A stretch of 49,778 bases of DNA from Candidatus Thorarchaeota archaeon (GCA_011364905.1 RDNZ01000018.1:1-49778), one strand, 5' to 3'. Counted from the first letter of the stretch, positions 1 to 9,725 are shown. Made by a program: numbers and translations. Notes: generated by a model not told the origin, from the sequence alone.

Positions 1-540
1 CACATATTTCTCGTACTCAGTTTCTGAGAAATCAGACAGGGAAGATATCTTGCCTTTCGTGTAATCTCTGAAAAACGGGAGCGTCAGGGTGGCAATGTCC
101 TTCAAGGGATAGATATGGGCAAGGGTTTCAGCCAGTTTATCACGGGCATCGTTCCTAACTCCCGAATGCCAGTGAATTTCTATGTGAGGTTGCTCTCCCA
201 ACTCTGGTTCCAATAAAGCACCATCAATGGGTGAAAACAAGTTCTCAGATCGTGTGTTTGTGTCAACTAGAATAGTGGATGTGCTAATCAGATGAATACG
301 AATATCATCCAGTGTCATAAGACTATCAGTGCCTGAACCATCAATTGCTGCAACGCGATAGTCATCTTCAAGAACTACGTCTGAGGGGTAAGGCGTAAAA
401 GTGTCAAGAAGACGCTCCTTTATGCGAGCCTCGTCCTTTGCAAACTCCTGTTCATCGCGCCGGTCCTGTTGGTTCTGGATGTCAGTGAAGACCATCTTCA
501 ATGTTCTTCTGAATTTCTCAGTCAGAATCTTATCTAGCAT
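1..540 (-). CDS. NurA-like nuclease (RNase H fold), N-terminal part; runs off the window edge
   Basis: Manual translation from ATG at 540: MLDKILTEKF...DDYRVAAIDGSGTDSLM...; 'VAAIDGS' is the typical NurA first catalytic-Asp motif; frame stays open to position 1. Confidence 0.65.
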   Translation of the reverse strand, partial: MLDKILTEKFRRTLKMVFTDIQNQQDRRDEQEFAKDEARIKERLLDTFTPYPSDVVLEDDYRVAAIDGSGTDSLMTLDDIRIHLISTSTILVDTNTRSENLFSPIDGALLEPELGEQPHIEIHWHSGVRNDARDKLAETLAHIYPLKDIATLTLPFFRDYTKGKISSLSDFSETEYEKYV

Positions 541-776
541 AGAAACCAACTCGCTTGAAACAACTCTGTGGGATTTACAGGACCTCTAAATCTCTGTCTT
601 GTTAGAGTCATAAAAAGATAGCACTCGGCAAGTCGGAGAATACATGAGCAGCGCTAAATTGGGCTCCAAAGCCACAATTAGGCCAGATTATCGCATAGGT
701 TCGAAATTACCTTATTAATAACGGTCACAACGAAAGAAGTGCAGCAGTCATTCTGGCTTGACCGTGCCAGTGCGCA

Positions 777-1490
777 TTGACGGGATGTGATTTGTTGCTC
801 AAAATACTGTACTTTGGAAAAACTTCATTCGCGCTCCGCTATAATGAGATAGTCGTCGTTCTAAATCCAGGGATTTGGGACGGGAAGCCAATTGTTCCAG
901 ACGATTTCAGCGCGCGAATTGTTGTCGCGACGAATCAATCAGATGATGCCGTCGGAAATGCAGCAAGCATCGCAGTCAATTCAAAAGCATGGTTCCTTGG
1001 TAATCAAGGAGCAGCTGACAAAGCCTCTGAGAAAGGGGTCAAACCTTGGTTACTGCATGTCCTCAAACCGGAGGTTCCGTACGAGGTTCCAGATTTGAAG
1101 ATAACACCCTACGAACTATCAAGAGTTGATGAGTCAGAGGGTGGCAGGATTGAGAATCTCGGGCTCTATATAGAGATTGGAAACATGAAGATTGGATACC
1201 TCGGTGATACCGAAATAAGAGGTCCATTCGAGCAGCTCGATATGGATGTGCTCATTGTTCCTGTTGGTGGTGATGGAGTCTTTCCCGTGAAAGACGCAGT
1301 CAGTCTTTGCATCGATGCAAAGCCACGACTAGGAGTCCCTATGAGATGGTCATCAGACGAGGATCCTAAGAAATTTGCCAAGTATGTTCAGCAGTTCGGT
1401 CAAGGAATTACCCCGGTGATAATTGAACCAGACCAGGTCCTTGAAGTCCACTGGGCGGCGGGAAATGAATTCAGATACGAGCTAAACTGA
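777..1490 (+). CDS. Metallo-beta-lactamase-fold protein (UPF0173-like), degenerate metal site
   Basis: Fold-typical segments (ILYFGKTSF, GYLGDT, DVLIVPVGG, PRLGVPM) are present, but HxHxDH is replaced by NQSDDA; true start may be TTG 792 or 795. Confidence 0.7.
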   Translation: MTGCDLLLKILYFGKTSFALRYNEIVVVLNPGIWDGKPIVPDDFSARIVVATNQSDDAVGNAASIAVNSKAWFLGNQGAADKASEKGVKPWLLHVLKPEVPYEVPDLKITPYELSRVDESEGGRIENLGLYIEIGNMKIGYLGDTEIRGPFEQLDMDVLIVPVGGDGVFPVKDAVSLCIDAKPRLGVPMRWSSDEDPKKFAKYVQQFGQGITPVIIEPDQVLEVHWAAGNEFRYELN

Positions 1491-1565
1491 TATTCTCCTG
1501 CGATGTCGGTACACAAGCTAGAAGATTCCAAAAAGAATGAGCATTAGACAATGGGTGTGCATTGA

Positions 1566-3347
1566 ATGAGCGAAAAAAGGAAGGTCGTGATTGACCTCGA
1601 AGAGTCTGAGAAGGTCCAACTTGATGGATTCTCTGAGTTGAACAGTGTGGACGCTTCTGGAGTCCTAAGTGTTAACAATGTGTCGGAAAGAAGTCGCATC
1701 TGGAATGTGAAGGTCCTACTAGGATCTACCCGAGATAAGACGGATATTGACGAGGATACAGTATCTGCAGGCGAAATAGATGTTGGTGGAAAGTGGGAAA
1801 CCAATTACGGAATAAAAGTTGAAGAACCGATACTGACATTCAAAGAGGTGTTTGATACCTGTGGAACTATTGAGACCGAACAACCACATTGGGCCTATGT
1901 GAGTGGCAAAGAAAATCCTGTTAAAATCACGCTCACTGTCACCAATGAAACGGATGAGGAACTGGACAACATTATTCTCAACAAGACTATTGCTCCAGAG
2001 TTGACTGGTATTGAAATTGTGTCTGTAAAGTCGGGGACTGCTGAGTATGACGAGGGCACAAAGCAAGTGGTCTGGAAAGACTTTGTCATCTATCCACATG
2101 AATCCTCTCAACTTGTGATTAGCGCTACTGGAGTCGTAGAAGACACTAACCCGAAGAAGAGTGGAGATGTCGTTATCACGTATCGAGGTGAAGGCCAACA
2201 AAGGTCCGCACTAGAGCCTGATTTGAACGCACTCACCGAGTTTTTGACTGGAATCGAAACTGCTGAAACAGAGCCAAACCAATGGCAATGCACGCTGGAA
2301 TGCACAAACGAGAGCGATCTAGTCGTCAGGCTCGACAAAGCAGAAGTATTCCTCACTCCAGAAGATGGGGGTGAGAAAGAAAAGATGATTGATGAGGCAC
2401 CAGGTGTTGAATTAGCTCCAGACCAAGAATGGGCCAAATCGTTTGAAGTGCAGAGTAAATCGACTCCAAAATGCACACAGGACCTTGTTTACACACCTAT
2501 CGGGACTATCAAAAAGAGAGTACTTGGAACCATCGAGAAGGCGGCTCAAGAGATTCCAGTTTATAGTATCGAATATTCCAAAACATTTGACCCGCCATCC
2601 GTAAACAGCTTTGACAAGACTCCTGTTGAGGTCGTTGTAGAAGTGACGAACAACGGGTCAGCAAAATTGAATGAGATCACCATTGAGGACCAGCTCCCTG
2701 ATGATGTAATGCCACCGACCAGTGAACATGTCACCGTCTGGATTAGGAACGAGGAGTACTCTGGGCCTTACGAGTTTATGATTGATCCTGAGGATCAAGA
2801 CCCAGAGACACCACACAAAATAACTTTCAGAGTTGAAAACCTAAAGGATTCTGGTGGGGAGCTTGAACCTGGCGAAAGCATCAAAATCAACTACGCAGTA
2901 ATGGCGTGGCGTAGCAGACCTGAGAAAGAGTATCCATCACCTGTTGTCTGTACAGCAAACACTGACCCTGCAGGAATTCCCGTAGTGATGCAGAGTCCAG
3001 AGGATGGCCACAAAATTGGGGTCATCTACAAGAAGCGTGCAATCTCAACAAAGAAAGCAATCAATAAAGGAGCTGGAGCAGGAGAGTATATTGTCGTTCT
3101 CGCAGTTTCAAATAATGGTGAAGTGACTGCTGAGAATATTCAGGTCACAGATTGGATCCCTGCAGGATTTGAGTATGTTTCCACAGATCCAGAGGACGAA
3201 GAGCCAGAGGTTGTGTCAGCTGGTGACGGAAAAAGTATGGTGTGGAAATGGACTCGAATGAATCCAGGCGACAAGAAGAAGATCAGAGTCACCGTTCAGG
3301 GCGAAGGCGAGTACGAACGTCGTGAACCTGAGGTTTCTTCAATCTAG
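1566..3347 (+). CDS. Acidic multi-beta-sandwich protein: mu-homology-like N-terminal region plus DUF11/Ig-like repeats
   Basis: 593 aa with repeated 'V.N.G....I.I.D.LP' Ig-like units; no signal peptide or TM helix. Confidence 0.75.
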   Translation: MSEKRKVVIDLEESEKVQLDGFSELNSVDASGVLSVNNVSERSRIWNVKVLLGSTRDKTDIDEDTVSAGEIDVGGKWETNYGIKVEEPILTFKEVFDTCGTIETEQPHWAYVSGKENPVKITLTVTNETDEELDNIILNKTIAPELTGIEIVSVKSGTAEYDEGTKQVVWKDFVIYPHESSQLVISATGVVEDTNPKKSGDVVITYRGEGQQRSALEPDLNALTEFLTGIETAETEPNQWQCTLECTNESDLVVRLDKAEVFLTPEDGGEKEKMIDEAPGVELAPDQEWAKSFEVQSKSTPKCTQDLVYTPIGTIKKRVLGTIEKAAQEIPVYSIEYSKTFDPPSVNSFDKTPVEVVVEVTNNGSAKLNEITIEDQLPDDVMPPTSEHVTVWIRNEEYSGPYEFMIDPEDQDPETPHKITFRVENLKDSGGELEPGESIKINYAVMAWRSRPEKEYPSPVVCTANTDPAGIPVVMQSPEDGHKIGVIYKKRAISTKKAINKGAGAGEYIVVLAVSNNGEVTAENIQVTDWIPAGFEYVSTDPEDEEPEVVSAGDGKSMVWKWTRMNPGDKKKIRVTVQGEGEYERREPEVSSI

Positions 3348-3355
3348 AAGGACCA

Positions 3356-3400
3356 GTCCATTTGGGATGGGTGTGACAATACCGCACCCATTCCAAGGAC
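3356..3400. terminator. Long stem-loop between convergent genes
   Basis: GTCC..TTGGGATGGGTGTG-ACAATAC-CGCACCCATTCCAA-GGAC inverted repeat between the stops at 3347 (+) and 3401 (-). Confidence 0.55.
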
Positions 3401-3745
3401 CTAGTCTTCCTCACTCTCTATTTGTTCAAGCTCCTTGCGGGTCTCTTCCAACTCCGCATCTATGTCCTCAAGAGGAACATAATCTTCATCGCCCTCGGAG
3501 AGATGCGTGTCGAGATTATAGAGGACTTTGAACCCTGAGAGTGTCTTGTGCAAAGCATTTGATGTTTCAATGATTGCATTACCAAGGTCAGCTTCGGTCA
3601 TATCGACGTCGGAGTGCTCATAGACAAAATCATATGCACCCCTAACGGGCTTGAATCCCAGTTCTGTGAGTTTACTTATCACCTGAGCCGGTGAAGCACC
3701 TTCACTATAGAACCATACTGATACACGGGTAACATATTCGGGCAT
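3401..3745 (-). CDS. Conserved archaeal hypothetical protein (small alpha/beta domain with acidic helical tail)
   Basis: 114-aa ORF with ATG start; 'WFYSEGASP...LGFKPVRGAYDFVY' resembles a small uncharacterised archaeal family. Confidence 0.65.
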   Translation of the reverse strand: MPEYVTRVSVWFYSEGASPAQVISKLTELGFKPVRGAYDFVYEHSDVDMTEADLGNAIIETSNALHKTLSGFKVLYNLDTHLSEGDEDYVPLEDIDAELEETRKELEQIESEED

Positions 3746-3821
3746 TGTACATCACTCTCAATAATTCAGAACGTGCGACCGCCGTCTGATATTCTTATGA
3801 CCTTTTTCATAAGACATTAAA

Positions 3822-4913
3822 TCATCTATGAACCACTAAAGCGAAATCCTCATGCTTCAAAACATGTTTCCATTGACTGATACACTCACATGTATGATTT
3901 TGGAGCACAGTTGAATCCTGACTTATTGAGAACTGACGGATTGCTTCAACAATGCCAGTATCGCATTTGCCGCAGTTGTGAGCGCCTCTTTGCTTACCCC
4001 CTGCCACAGGGTCGCAGACAATCTTCATCCATCTATCAGTTCCACTCCCCGCGTTTCGAAGCACTTCTAAGACACTCCACAACCATGGAGGCCTGTATCG
4101 ACCCTTACTCCATAGTTTTTCAACGAGCGTATCCTTCTGTACATTGACAGGGTTAAGAGAAACAGTCGTCACTCCAAGCGCTTTTGCCTCCTGGATTGTT
4201 TTGGTGGCATCAAGAAGTGCATCCCGTTCAGAGAGTAGTGGAGGTTTCAGCAGTACATAGGCGCGTATTCCTATATTGTGATTCTTGGCGGTTTTCAGGG
4301 CAATCTTGAACGCATTCAAGTCGAAATTCTTATTGATGCAGACAGATCGCACTGTATCGCTTGAGCTTTCGAGACCCATACCGATCTCAATGATTCTATC
4401 ACCAAGAATAGACCGAACACCTGAGAGAACTTGGTCGTTAATATACTCAGGTCTTGATTCGAGAACGACCTCGCGAATTCGTTTATCCTCAGCTATAATC
4501 CGAAGGATCTCTGACCTAGCAATTGGGGGTATTTCATCGGGGTCCAAGAAGCTACCACTCGTGTAGATCTTTATTGATAATGGAGCCGATTTTGATTCTA
4601 ACTCGGCCATCGCAAGTCTGAACTGAGATAAGATCTGCTCTGGTGTTGGGCTCTCCTCAACACCATCTAGAAGATAACTGCACATGGTGCATCCTCCAGA
4701 GTCACTTCGAGCATGGGCACACCCTATGGTAGAGAGAACAACGGCAAGAGCGGTTCCTCTTTCTCTGCCCACTCTGGCTTCTGTGATCCACCTAGCGGCT
4801 GGTCGTGTAGGATCTCTCTTCTTTCTATGCTTGAGTGAATTTCCTCTCGCATGGATAGTCGCATTCTGAACGACCTCATTGATTTCAGCTATATTTCTTT
4901 CCATGTCACTCAC
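3822..4913 (-). CDS. raSEA: Archaeosine biosynthesis radical SAM protein RaSEA
   Basis: GC-x9-CTMC radical SAM motif, IYTSGSFLD, ESRPE, GMGLES, YVLLKPP, YRPPWLWS, GAHNCGKCD; overlaps arcS. Confidence 0.9.
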   Translation of the reverse strand: MSDMERNIAEINEVVQNATIHARGNSLKHRKKRDPTRPAARWITEARVGRERGTALAVVLSTIGCAHARSDSGGCTMCSYLLDGVEESPTPEQILSQFRLAMAELESKSAPLSIKIYTSGSFLDPDEIPPIARSEILRIIAEDKRIREVVLESRPEYINDQVLSGVRSILGDRIIEIGMGLESSSDTVRSVCINKNFDLNAFKIALKTAKNHNIGIRAYVLLKPPLLSERDALLDATKTIQEAKALGVTTVSLNPVNVQKDTLVEKLWSKGRYRPPWLWSVLEVLRNAGSGTDRWMKIVCDPVAGGKQRGAHNCGKCDTGIVEAIRQFSISQDSTVLQNHTCECISQWKHVLKHEDFALVVHR

Positions 4914-6832
4914 TCCTTCTTATGACGAACAGAAACAGCTCGACCCCTCGTCAGTTCGCACATCTCGCGACCGGACATGTCACTTCTTCCAACAGCAATA
5001 ACATCATCTGCCCGATTAATGACAAATACCTCGTCGCCTGGTCTTATTGCAAAATCAGCTTCTTGAACACCTACAGCAAAGACACTGCCACCTTTCACCT
5101 TCGGAGCTTCAAGACGGACCCAGTATCGCTTAAGCGGAGCCAAAAGCCTTCCGCCAGCGAGTGTCAGCGAGAGAGACCCACTTTCGGCCACAAAGGAGCA
5201 GACCTGTTCACCATCGACGCTACATAGTATCATCCGGTAAGGCTTTCCTTTGAGCTTGGCATTTGCAGGTACTAGAACATTTCCAGCTCCGGTACCAAAC
5301 TGGTAATCTGCTGTTGCAGATACGATTTCCTCTAGTTCAGTCCGCGGGCCTCCAGACAGATTGAGAATACTCTTGATGTCTTCAAGGGTTTCTTTCAACG
5401 CTTCCAGTGAAGGACGACTCGTTGCTCGACCTTCGGGTGTGGTATAGATCAGACTTTGCTCAATTCGAGATTCAACAGCTCTAACAATATCGAGATAGCC
5501 ACCTGATACATGAGCAATGACCACTGCGGAACTGCTGAACTTCCTGAGATGAGTTGCAAGCGCACTAGCTCCGATTTCAATCTCTTCTGCATCCCAATCT
5601 CCAGTCACAGGAATATCATATTGTCCAGCAGGATAAATCCGTTCGAGCTCTCGAGGAACAAGGCCAAGTGGAGATGTGAGTATGACTTCAGCAACCCTAG
5701 ACTCTAATCCAAACATCGCAGATTGTATTGTAGATGCAAACCTCCGGTGCGACTTGGAATCCGAGTAAGGTTTCTTAGCAGAGCAAGGAAGAAGCACAAC
5801 TATTGACTTGTTAGCCGGAGGAGTATATCTATTCGCAACAAAGTCACGAAACCTTTGCACCACTGGAGCATGATAAGATTCTGAACCTATCACCGGCAGT
5901 GCCTTAGGACCTGTTGTTGGAGAGAACTCCTCAATGTAAGAGTATAGCTCATTATTCACGGAGCGAACAAGCGAAGCCTGGGCAGGGCTATTATGAGTGG
6001 AACTCTCAACTAGCCATCGTAGTCGACCTGTTTTCATAGCCTCTTGCGATTCAGAAAGGACAGACCTATAGATACTGAGATTGTGTTCGAGAAGAATGCC
6101 CTGCAAATCCTTCGTTCCGGCAGTGTCAAGTTTTGCGCATGCTGGGCAGGAGCAGTAGCGTCGATCCTTCCCCAGTTCTATTTTCTCAGACCCATTCTTC
6201 CAAAGCCTTTCACTGGCTGTCGCTGATTCTTCAGCGTAACCAACATCGATGACATCAAACCCAGTGTAATAGAGAAGAGGGATTAATCCAGGTTCGATTC
6301 GACCAGCCGCCAGTGTCATCATGTGGAGCGGTAGACGACTTCGGGTTTTTATTGCTCCGAAATCTTGCGGGCCTAAATGACCGTTGAACGAGAACATAGC
6401 GCCAAGAGGACCGACTTCGGTCAATTTGGATAATAGGACGGAATCTGCATCTGAAGGAATGCGAATGACAGTCCTTGATGCATCTAAATCAGGTGTGGTC
6501 TTTGAGAGGACTTCATGCTGGTATTTGAGGACCAAGTTGGATGCATCAGAAGAGAGTGATGCAAATGATATCAGGGAGGGGAGGATAACTGCATCTGATT
6601 CTCGTATCTTAGAGAATGGAATATCGTCTATATGACCAGCAAAGGGTAGCGCTACTAACATTGGTTTGTCTGAGAGGGGGGAGTCTCGATCCAAAGCACC
6701 ATATGCGATGATTGTGTCACTACTGGTGAAAGAAGAAGCTAGGAGTGGAGTAATGTAGGTTGTAGGTCCAAGAATATACTCGCCTACCCGAGCGGGGCCA
6801 TCATGGCCACGACCGACACGAAATTCAGCCAT
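4910..6832 (-). CDS. arcS: Archaeosine synthase alpha subunit ArcS (TGT-like + DUF5591 + PUA)
   Basis: CSCPAC...H Zn site, LLPCSAKKPYSDSKSH, TSPLGLVPRELE, YDIPVTGDW, C-terminal PUA domain. Confidence 0.9.
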   Translation of the reverse strand: MAEFRVGRGHDGPARVGEYILGPTTYITPLLASSFTSSDTIIAYGALDRDSPLSDKPMLVALPFAGHIDDIPFSKIRESDAVILPSLISFASLSSDASNLVLKYQHEVLSKTTPDLDASRTVIRIPSDADSVLLSKLTEVGPLGAMFSFNGHLGPQDFGAIKTRSRLPLHMMTLAAGRIEPGLIPLLYYTGFDVIDVGYAEESATASERLWKNGSEKIELGKDRRYCSCPACAKLDTAGTKDLQGILLEHNLSIYRSVLSESQEAMKTGRLRWLVESSTHNSPAQASLVRSVNNELYSYIEEFSPTTGPKALPVIGSESYHAPVVQRFRDFVANRYTPPANKSIVVLLPCSAKKPYSDSKSHRRFASTIQSAMFGLESRVAEVILTSPLGLVPRELERIYPAGQYDIPVTGDWDAEEIEIGASALATHLRKFSSSAVVIAHVSGGYLDIVRAVESRIEQSLIYTTPEGRATSRPSLEALKETLEDIKSILNLSGGPRTELEEIVSATADYQFGTGAGNVLVPANAKLKGKPYRMILCSVDGEQVCSFVAESGSLSLTLAGGRLLAPLKRYWVRLEAPKVKGGSVFAVGVQEADFAIRPGDEVFVINRADDVIAVGRSDMSGREMCELTRGRAVSVRHKKE

Positions 6833-6847
6833 CTTTGTTTCTCCTCT

Positions 6848-9493
6848 TTAGACTAAGGGTTGGTACCCAGCGTAACCCTCTGTATCAACGGTTGTTTCTA
6901 CCTTTTCGAGGATGCGTTCGATGCTTTCGAGAGCACCCAGTTTGAAAAGCGGACTGTTGTTATTACCGCAGTGGTATGAATATGTACACAAAGGACAGCC
7001 ATCTATGGTCTTGCAATCACATTTTTCAAGTATTGTCTTTGACCTTCTAAATGCTTCATCTAATTTTGAGAACAGCAATTTTGATGCTCCATTTCCTCCT
7101 GGACTGCCATCATATACAAAGATGATGCCTGAGTCGCCCATTGAAACACCGCCAATCTCATGCGTCCCTCCGCCTGTGAGCATATCACTTGACTCAATCA
7201 GAACATGCTCAAGTGCATGAAAAGCCCCACCAAAAAGCTCTGCAGGACCCAAGTGGGGGCCTTCTAGGTGATTCATCTTTCCTGACGAGAAATCATTGAC
7301 AGTCTTGGTTGGTTCTGGAGCCGTAAATGCAAATCCACGAGTTCTGTATTTATAGACAAGTGGCGTCGAGAGAGGAGATCTGTTCAACACACGTCCAGTC
7401 CTGGTTTCTTTCTTTACATAGCCATCAACTGTCTGGGTCATCTCAAGTGTGCAATAAACTGCATTCAAACCTAGGATCTTGCTCCGTTCTATGATGTTAA
7501 TGATTCTAGGCATGGTTGAATAAAGAGGCTTTGTGTGAGTGCTTCTGTCTTTGTAAGGAACAACAGTGGCACGACCCAATCCTGGTGTGTACTTGAAGTC
7601 TACAGACAGGTAGTTCTTCCCACCATGAAGATAGATGGCTCCCGGGTGAAGCTCCTGAGCCGCCATTGGCATAGAGCGTTCTCCAAGACTCTTCTTCTCT
7701 GTCTTTATCTGAACAGTATCGCCTATCCCCCTGATGCTATAACTGCGCCATGCTTTTCGTGCTTGATCAAAATCAATGACCCGAACCGAATCATCATCTT
7801 TGATACGAATCATCCCTTCATCTTTGAGAGTTTCAATAATCGCTTTATGTCGTGCGAAGTCAGACACCTTCATTTTTCCGCTCAATGCGGCAGCGATTAG
7901 CTGATAATATCCAACAACCTCATTCTCAGGTTCCATATAAGCAGCATCGATGTCAGAGAAGTATTTGTCCGGTTGATGCCGATAGAAAGATGAGATAGGG
8001 TCATTTTCCCTCAATGCGAGAATTGCCACGCTCTCTTGCCCCTGTCGTCCAGCACGTCCTACTCGTTGTGTGAGCCGCGTGATTGAAACAATCATGCTGA
8101 CCACACTGTCCAGATCACCAATATCGATTCCAAGTTCCAGAGTGGGTGTGGAAACAATAACTGGCAGGTCACCGGACCTGAACTGGTCCTCTACGTTGCT
8201 TCTATAGCTCTTTGACAGTCCAGCTCTGTGCACCTTTGATGTAATCCCAGTGTCCGAGATAAGCATGTTAAGAACTTCAGCTTCTGAGTGTGTGTTCCCA
8301 AAGACCAGTGTCTTGAAGTCGCCTTGTTGGAGCTGGCTAACAAGGTCAACGATCATGCTGTACTTGCTTCTCATGCCAGGATAGTACATCATGAAATGTA
8401 CTGGCCCTCTTTTTGCAGTTTCTGACTCAATGAGTGTGACTTCCGAATCAAAAAGCATCTCAGCAAACTCTTTGGGATTCGAGACCGTCGCAGAGGCTCC
8501 TATCTTCTGAAACCGTCCACACTCGAGTTCTAGTCTTTTCAAGACATAGTAGACATTTGTCCCCATGGAGCCGGTGTATAGATGAATCTCATCGAGAACA
8601 ACAAATCGCACGGTTCGTAGGAGAGGTACGAGTCGAGATTGTGACCACCCAAGATGATAGTGTAAAACATCAGGATTCGTTAGGAGTATATCAGGTGGAG
8701 CGTCGTATATCTTCTCTCGAGCGTTTTGAGAAACGTCGCCGTCAAAGATTGATGCTGTGAGATTTGAGGCTTCACACATCTGCTGTACCTTGTCGAACTG
8801 GTCTCTGGCAAGGGCTTTTGTTGGGTATATTAGAAGCGCTCTGACACCGGGATTGCCAAATGACTCTTGAACGGAGAGAAGCAGCTTCCGGATTATTGGA
8901 AGTATAAAGCCCTCTGTCTTGCCTTGCCCTGTTGGAGCCGCAATGACAACATCCTGACCGCCCTCAATTGCGTTGAAAGAGTCCTCTTGAAACTTGTAGA
9001 GCGTCACAATGCCCCGGTCACGGAGGTAATCTTTCAGTCGAGTGGGGATACTGAGTTGGTCGATATCAACGCCATATTCTGCATCTGTCGCGGGCATAAG
9101 CTGATATTTGACAAGATAATCTCTTCCGCTAGTGAGTAACTTTCTAATGGGATCTGGAAGCTCATCTAAGTCGCCTCCACCCTCACTCACCAATTTGGCA
9201 ATAGCTTCGTTTGACTGGACCCGAGAGCTTGGGTCCAACTTACGCTTCCTCTTTGTTTCAGTAGCACCTGACCCAAGATACTTCTTCTTCCGGTAGTCTG
9301 TGATTGAAGGTGCGGTACCTGCTTGAACCTGTTTTGAATATGCTTCATAGGCATCAAAAAGGTCGGTCTTCCTACCGCCCACAGTAACCTCTACATTGCA
9401 GGACGAGCAGGTCACAGTCCAGATGTCCCCGCCTTTCTGAAAGTCAAGACGAGAACCGCATTTTGGGCAATGTAGTACAGGCACAAGTATCAC
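6848..9493 (-). CDS. DEAD/DEAH-box helicase with DUF1998 (Hrq1/MrfA/SftH family) and N-terminal Zn ribbon
   Basis: APTGQGKT, YPTKALARDQ, DEIH, SAT, TLELGIDIG, QRVGRAGR, HALEH, YDGSPGGNG, CDC...GCPLC. Confidence 0.9.
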   Translation of the reverse strand: MILVPVLHCPKCGSRLDFQKGGDIWTVTCSSCNVEVTVGGRKTDLFDAYEAYSKQVQAGTAPSITDYRKKKYLGSGATETKRKRKLDPSSRVQSNEAIAKLVSEGGGDLDELPDPIRKLLTSGRDYLVKYQLMPATDAEYGVDIDQLSIPTRLKDYLRDRGIVTLYKFQEDSFNAIEGGQDVVIAAPTGQGKTEGFILPIIRKLLLSVQESFGNPGVRALLIYPTKALARDQFDKVQQMCEASNLTASIFDGDVSQNAREKIYDAPPDILLTNPDVLHYHLGWSQSRLVPLLRTVRFVVLDEIHLYTGSMGTNVYYVLKRLELECGRFQKIGASATVSNPKEFAEMLFDSEVTLIESETAKRGPVHFMMYYPGMRSKYSMIVDLVSQLQQGDFKTLVFGNTHSEAEVLNMLISDTGITSKVHRAGLSKSYRSNVEDQFRSGDLPVIVSTPTLELGIDIGDLDSVVSMIVSITRLTQRVGRAGRQGQESVAILALRENDPISSFYRHQPDKYFSDIDAAYMEPENEVVGYYQLIAAALSGKMKVSDFARHKAIIETLKDEGMIRIKDDDSVRVIDFDQARKAWRSYSIRGIGDTVQIKTEKKSLGERSMPMAAQELHPGAIYLHGGKNYLSVDFKYTPGLGRATVVPYKDRSTHTKPLYSTMPRIINIIERSKILGLNAVYCTLEMTQTVDGYVKKETRTGRVLNRSPLSTPLVYKYRTRGFAFTAPEPTKTVNDFSSGKMNHLEGPHLGPAELFGGAFHALEHVLIESSDMLTGGGTHEIGGVSMGDSGIIFVYDGSPGGNGASKLLFSKLDEAFRRSKTILEKCDCKTIDGCPLCTYSYHCGNNNSPLFKLGALESIERILEKVETTVDTEGYAGYQPLV

Positions 9494-9725
9494 CGGAGTC
9501 GCTGGATTTCACATCCATTGCCTATGTCTTATCAAACTTTGGAACAGGCTGATTCAAGGGCTGTTCAGGATATTCGTATTTGATTAGGGCAGAATAGAAG
9601 AAAAGCCCCCAAAAACCCCTGATAATAATCTTGCTCCAGAAAACCAAGGTGATAACAACAAGTTTATAACGGCTGTGCATGCAATTTGCACAACCGACTC
9701 GCACCGGAGACGGGAGATAATTACA

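Noticed and set aside
401-589. 62-aa plus-strand ORF
   Set aside because: Antisense to the NurA-like gene
654-681. Hairpin CTAAATTGGGCT-CCAA-AGCCACAATTAG in the divergent intergenic region
   Set aside because: Short and bulged, with no ncRNA box or family motif; no function can be supported
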